DNA of 63,656 bases, the filler included. It is 7 parts of 7 records of this genome, joined end to end, with 100 filler letters (N's around TTAATTAATTAA, not from the genome) between each part and the next. Parts side by side here need not be neighbours in the genome. Positions count along the whole stretch, not along the records: positions 58,238 to 63,656 come from SRR31147125_5519; 6 more parts are not named here. The stretch is one strand, 5' to 3'. Under the pieces are notes generated by a model that made no database searches, was not told the origin of the DNA, and worked only from the letters and a program-made list of their open reading frames with translations. Of this stretch, positions 58,832 through 63,656 are shown piece by piece (position 1 is the stretch's first letter; each line of letters begins with the position of its first letter). The position numbers and the translations under genes are program-made.

Positions 58832-60352
58832 ATGATAAAATTGATGATTGCAGAAGATGAACAACTAGCTAGAGAATCAATAAAGAAACTACTTGAAAAC
58901 TATTATAGCGAAGAGATAGAGGTAATAGCAGAGTGTACAGATGGAGAGGCAGCAACGGAAAAAGCCCTAATTCTGAAACCAGAGATAATACTGCTTGATA
59001 TTCATATGCCAAAGAAAGATGGTTTACAAGCAGCGGAAGTAATTAGGAGTTATAATAATGATTGTGAGATTGTTATAATAACTGCTAATAGTGAGTTTGA
59101 ATATGCAAAAAGAGCAATAAGCTTAAATGTAAACGACTTTTTAGTAAAGCCATATTCAATTAAATCCTTCAAAGAAGCAATGAACAAAGTCATAGAAAAA
59201 GTTAAAGAGAAAAAGAGTTTAGCTAAAGAAAAAAATGAACTTGAAGCAAGTTTAGAAAACGTTAAAACTTTACTGGAAAAAGAGTTTATGCTTGATATGA
59301 TTAACGGAAAAGAGTTAAGCGAGTTTGACCTGTTTACATACTCAAAAAGTTTAAGCCTTGCGGGAAAATATTTTACTTGTTCAATATATAAAATCGGTGA
59401 TGAAAAACAGTTAAAACAGATAACAAAAGAGCTTAAAAGACAAAGAATAGCGAAGAAATCAAAACTTCTCCTTGGTTATTACTTAAATAGACTTGTCTAT
59501 TATGTTTTTACTGATGAAGAGAAAAATTTAGATGAGATAAATAAACAACTATCTACTTACTTGAAATCACAATATAAACTAGAGATATTCTCTACAAGTA
59601 AAATTTTTAACGATTTAGATGATCTATTATACTCTTTCCAAATAACAAAAAAAGATCTGAATAGCAAAGTGATTGCAGAAAACTCTTCCGGGTATGATAT
59701 TCCATATGAAATGGAGAATGATCTGTTTAAATTAATACTGGAAAATGATTTCAAAAAAACAGAAGAGAAAATAGATAAAATTATTAAATATATATTCACA
59801 AAGAATAAAGATATAGAGTTAGCTTTCTTTGAAAAATATGTCAAACAACTTATCCTGATGATTGATAGAATAGTGCAACAGATAGTAAGTGAAGAGAAGG
59901 CGATAATTAATATAAATGAGATACTACCTCAAGTTGATAGTGTAAATGAAAAAGACCAATATAGAAATATAATAGTTAATTATGCTAATAGTTGTATTAC
60001 AATAATCAAAAAATATAAGAATAATAAACATGTGAAGGTAATAGAGTACGCAAAACAGTATATTGAAAACAATTTTGATAAAAACATCTCTCTAGATGAT
60101 GTAGCGCAACATATTGGACTTAGTAGTAATTACCTAAGCAAGTATTTCAAGAAAGTTGAAGGGATTAACTTTAAAGATTATGCTACCAATATCCGTATAG
60201 AGAAAGCTAAACAGCTGCTAGAAAGTAGTGAGGGGAATATAACAGAGATAGCAGAAAAACTAGGCTATACAGATGCGAGTTACTTTAGTTATGCATTTAA
60301 GAAAAAAACCGGAGTTTCTCCAAAAGAGTACTATATGATCAAAAGAAGATAG
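58832..60352 (+). CDS. YesN-family response regulator (REC + AraC HTH)
   Basis: AEDE, DIHMP, FLVKP; ISLDDVAQ..YLSKYFKK, LGYTDASYFS.AFKK.TGVSP. Confidence 0.94.
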   Translation: MIKLMIAEDEQLARESIKKLLENYYSEEIEVIAECTDGEAATEKALILKPEIILLDIHMPKKDGLQAAEVIRSYNNDCEIVIITANSEFEYAKRAISLNVNDFLVKPYSIKSFKEAMNKVIEKVKEKKSLAKEKNELEASLENVKTLLEKEFMLDMINGKELSEFDLFTYSKSLSLAGKYFTCSIYKIGDEKQLKQITKELKRQRIAKKSKLLLGYYLNRLVYYVFTDEEKNLDEINKQLSTYLKSQYKLEIFSTSKIFNDLDDLLYSFQITKKDLNSKVIAENSSGYDIPYEMENDLFKLILENDFKKTEEKIDKIIKYIFTKNKDIELAFFEKYVKQLILMIDRIVQQIVSEEKAIININEILPQVDSVNEKDQYRNIIVNYANSCITIIKKYKNNKHVKVIEYAKQYIENNFDKNISLDDVAQHIGLSSNYLSKYFKKVEGINFKDYATNIRIEKAKQLLESSEGNITEIAEKLGYTDASYFSYAFKKKTGVSPKEYYMIKRR

Positions 60353-60385
60353 AGAAAAGATGGAAAAAATAGAAGCAAAATAAAT

Positions 60386-60437
60386 AGAGTAATAAAAATA
60401 GGGACAATTCGTGAATTGTCCCTACTTTTATTACTCT
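60386..60437. repeat. 25-bp-arm hairpin with a GTAG-type REP core; bidirectional terminator
   Basis: AGAGTAATAAAAATAGGGACAATTC-gt-GAATTGTCCCTACTTTTATTACTCT (1 mismatch). Confidence 0.8.
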
Positions 60438-60562
60438 TCAAATCCGTCGCAAGCTCTTACTTTTAACTTATGATCTTCCAAATTGCAATGTTTACGCTTA
60501 ATTAAGCAAAAATTGATGTGTTTAGCAGAACGGTACTTACAGTCTTCACATATAGAACTCAT
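60431..60562 (-). CDS. Small Cys-rich protein (43 aa), not in ORF track
   Basis: MSSICEDCKYRSAKHINFCLIKRKHCNLEDHKLKVRACDGFEE*. A purine-rich RBS region lies upstream and the ORF ends in the terminator hairpin. Confidence 0.6.
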   Translation of the reverse strand: MSSICEDCKYRSAKHINFCLIKRKHCNLEDHKLKVRACDGFEE

Positions 60563-60754
60563 ATTCTTCCCCCATTTCTTCCCTTATTCCCCAAATAGCG
60601 TTAAATGATATTAAAATCCAAATCCGTAAACTGATACTATGAATATTTTACTTTTTATTATTATTGTTTTCAACCTTTGGAAGGGAAAATTAGTTTAAAA
60701 CATATAAAAATTTTTAGTTTTATTTAAAAATAATAAAGAATTAAAATAAGTATA

Positions 60755-61866
60755 TTAAAAGATTTCCTTTGCTATATCAAATATCTTAGGATCTAGCGAG
60801 CTTCCTACCATAGATTCTTCCATAATAGTGAGAGCTTTTGGAATGTTATAGGTTTTCTATATGGCCTGTTAGAAGTTAGCGCATCTAGAACATCTGCAAC
60901 TGCTATGATTTTAGCTTCTTCGGGTATTTCATCTCCTTTTAGCCCAAATGGATAACCATTTCCATCTATTCTCTCGTGATGTAAAGCTCCAAAAATAATA
61001 TTTTTTAACTTAGGAGAATCTTGCATTATTTTATATGAATATTCTGCATGTCTCTTAATTTTTTCAAATTCTTCTAGATTAAGTTTACCTGGTTTATCCA
61101 GTAGCTTTAAATTAACAGCTAGTTTGCCAATATCATGAAGATAAGCACTATATCTGAGATTACGTAACTTTTCCTCGCTATAATTCATATGCTCAGCGAT
61201 TATATAGCTATAATTTGCAACTCTTTTGGTATGCCCGGCGGTATACTCATGTTGGGCGTCAATAATAGATGCAATCGCACTGAGGAACTGCTCCTCGGTT
61301 ACTCCCTTAACTTCCAGTGAGTATACATTACTTTGCCTAACGATATCCTCGAATTGTTCATCTATATAGTTCATTTCTGAATTAGTAATTTTTAGTGTAT
61401 TATCAATATTCAATAGATCAATGAGCCCTCTTACTATGCTTTGATCATATCTTTCTTTGTTCTGTAACGTATCTATATTATAGTCATTAAGGTATTCATC
61501 GACTATTCCAATTATCTGAGCCTCAAATAATAGTTCTGTAAGACCATACTTACCGCTTCCATCTATTCTCTCACCTATTTGTAGAATGATATCCGCAATA
61601 TTGTATTGTAGTGGTATAATTTCAGGCATAGTTCTTATAATTTCAGCAGATTTATATTGATTTACTTCACCATTATTTGCAGAGATATTTCCTATATCTT
61701 TGAGCAAGGCAGCAGTTGTCGCAGTGAAGACTAATTCATCATTTACATGTAGAGTTAGTCTGTTAACGAGAAGAACTAACTTTTTTAGCCTAATGAACTT
61801 CATTTCATTTGCATATTTTAGAGAATTTATAATTGCAGAAATTATATCAAGAGTAACTAGCTTCAT
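60755..61866 (-). CDS. HD-GYP phosphodiesterase with a degenerate N-terminal HD domain (1 homopolymer frameshift near the 3' end)
   Basis: YTAGHTKRV, LHDIGK, HHERIDGNGYP, ADVLDALTSNRPYR. Adding one base at 60836-39 restores KALTIMEE..GSSLDPKIF. Confidence 0.88.
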
Positions 61867-62129
61867 CTTTAGCTCCTTTTATATATTTTTTTAAGTCAAA
61901 TTGATTCATTTTGACTTTGCTCTAAAAAATCCTCTTTTGAATTGCACTAAGATTACCATATTTTATTTATTTAGTTTTTCTGTAGTTATAATGGTTATAG
62001 ATTTTTCACAATTACAATATACTCTTTATTCGTCTAAATCCTTTAAATACAATGGTGAAAAATCATTATACATACTTTTTAGTCAGCCTTATATAGTAAT
62101 TATGGTTGATTCTAAATAGTAAGGTTATT

Positions 62130-62486
62130 TTATCTAATAGAATTTAAAGTAGAAAGTACAAGTTCATCATTAAGTGGTTTGAATAAAAAATCTTTTGCTC
62201 CTATTTTTAGAGATTCAATAATATATTTTTCTTGTGAAAGCGCTGATAACATTACGATATTAGCTTTCGGGTCAAATTCTAAAATATCCTTTGTAGCAGA
62301 TACTCCGTTTTTTCCTGGCATTAAGATATCCATCGTAACAATATCCGGGCTTAACTTTTTATACATTTCAATAGCTTCTTTTGCATCTTTAGCTTCTCCA
62401 ATAATCTCATATCCATTCTGAGATAAAAGAGTTTTTAACATCATCCTGATAAACATCGAATCATCTACTACTAATATGGTTTTCAT
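62130..62486 (-). CDS. cheY: Single-domain response regulator (CheY-like)
   Basis: VVDDS, MDILMP, MLSA, FLFKP. Confidence 0.82.
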   Translation of the reverse strand: MKTILVVDDSMFIRMMLKTLLSQNGYEIIGEAKDAKEAIEMYKKLSPDIVTMDILMPGKNGVSATKDILEFDPKANIVMLSALSQEKYIIESLKIGAKDFLFKPLNDELVLSTLNSIR

Positions 62487-63017
62487 TGGTGCTCTCCTTT
62501 TTTCTATTTAGAAATGCAAAATGATAAATTAGTTTCTTTTTATAAATTAATTATACGATTTTAATGGGATTTTGTCAATGATAAATTTTTTAAAATATAT
62601 TTTTTAAATAATATAATTATACAACAATTTTTATCAAAAGTCTTTAAAAATATTCTTTTTTTGGATTTATTTTTAAAAACAGAACACAAATCCGAGTTGT
62701 GATACAAAATAAAGGCTGAATTTACTTTTATTCTATATTTATTCTTTTTCCAAAACGAGAAAAGAACTAAAAAAAATTTCCTTCTTGAGAAAAAAGATTT
62801 AGGGAAGTTTACTGTGAAAAATTGTATTTTTATCACCCAAAGCCAATTTTCCATATAAAAAACCAAAAAATCGAATAGGTGAAAAAAAGAATTTGTTGTA
62901 TTATTGATAATAGAATAAGACAAATAGAGCGAAAATAAGACACTAATTAATAATAACATACACGAGTGAAATTTTGAATTGGGTTAAAATTTCCTCTAAT
63001 AAACGGGATGTGATGAT

Positions 63018-63656
63018 GTGAGAAGAGTAGTAGTATCTCAATGTGGTAAAGGGGATTATAGAACTGTACAGGAAGCAGTTAATTCTGTAGCTGATAACTG
63101 TGGTGAAAAAGTAGAGATTTTTATTAAATCAGGAAAGTATTACGAAAAGTTAGTAGTTAGCGAAACTAAATCAAATATAGTTTTTATAGGTGAAGAGTTG
63201 GAGAAAACAATAATCGAATACGATGATTATGCTCTAAAATTAGATGAAGAGGGAAAACCACTAACAACCTATAGAACACCATCTGTAACAATAAAAGCAA
63301 ATGATTTTAAAGCTAAAAACATTACATTTATTAACTCCGCCGGTGTAGGTGATGTCGTAGGACAAGCTGTGGCGGTACAAGTCTTAGGAGATAGATGTGT
63401 TTTCAAAAATTGTAAATTTCTAGCATTTCAAGATACTTTCTACACTAAATCAGAAGACGCTAGAATATATGTGAAGGAGTGTTTCATCGAAGGAGATGTT
63501 GATTTTATATTTGGTGCATCAACAGCAGTTTTTGAAAAGTGTATCATATCTAGTATAAATAAGCCGGGATTCGTATCAGCCCCATCTACACCGATAACTA
63601 AAGAGTATGGTTATCTATTTGACAGATGCAAATTAGTCAGCAACTTACCAAAAAAA
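63018..63656 (+). CDS. Pectinesterase (CE8), 3'-truncated; not in ORF track
   Basis: GKGDYRTVQEAVN, GKYYEK, NITFINSAG, GQAVAV, QDTFY, IEGDVDFIFG. No signal peptide. Confidence 0.92.
   Translation, partial: MRRVVVSQCGKGDYRTVQEAVNSVADNCGEKVEIFIKSGKYYEKLVVSETKSNIVFIGEELEKTIIEYDDYALKLDEEGKPLTTYRTPSVTIKANDFKAKNITFINSAGVGDVVGQAVAVQVLGDRCVFKNCKFLAFQDTFYTKSEDARIYVKECFIEGDVDFIFGASTAVFEKCIISSINKPGFVSAPSTPITKEYGYLFDRCKLVSNLPKK

Noticed and set aside
61890-61960. c-di-GMP-I riboswitch before HD-GYP
   Set aside because: GCAAAG is present, but the P2 GNRA loop, tetraloop receptor and P1 pairing are not identifiable.
62561-62959. 132-aa minus-strand ORF
   Set aside because: Low-complexity F/K/N-rich translation of an AT-rich divergent promoter region.

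Overview
This window is not one locus. It is seven unrelated contigs joined by artificial 100-bp linkers (N44-TTAATTAATTAA-N44) at 9715-9814, 20002-20101, 25690-25789, 37840-37939, 48508-48607 and 58138-58237. Taxonomic labels below are inferred from base composition and gene style. (A) 1-9714: low-GC Clostridia-like glycan locus (carbohydrate ABC transporter, membrane-anchored protein with three CBM-like repeats, GH43). (B) 9815-20001: Desulfobacterales-like 4-hydroxybenzoyl-CoA-reductase-like molybdoenzyme operon, divergent etfBA plus a membrane Fe-S ETF:quinone oxidoreductase, and a MarR gene whose upstream palindrome recurs at the etfB promoter. (C) 20102-25689: phage/satellite replication module (leaderless RelE-HTH toxin-antitoxin, DUF4406, DNA methylase, Toprim-RepA primase-helicase, a second RepA-like helicase, iteron-like array). 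(D) 25790-37839: deltaproteobacterial rng, TIGR03960/TIGR03936 radical SAM, recD2, an OmpA-barrel-PKD inverse-autotransporter-like protein and a sigma54-preceded repeat protein. (E) 37940-48507: glgP, Zn-free-type DksA, a cyclase-AraC fusion, SRPBCC-MerR plus an EpeE/YydG-like radical SAM, tex, EamA. (F) 48608-58137: Bacteroidota glycogen cluster. (G) 58238-63656: low-GC YesMN-like two-component system, REP hairpin, a 43-aa Cys-rich ORF, HD-GYP, CheY, pectinesterase. About 11 frameshifts in contigs C-G are each repaired by adding one base to a homopolymer run, so they are most likely sequencing errors and genes were reconstructed across them. The best novelty candidates are the OmpA-anchored inverse-autotransporter-like protein, the dual-helicase replicon with iterons, the orphan EpeE-like epimerase next to MerR, the cyclase-AraC fusion, and the HCR-ETF-EMO-MarR unit. 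All family assignments come from motif recognition, not database searches.
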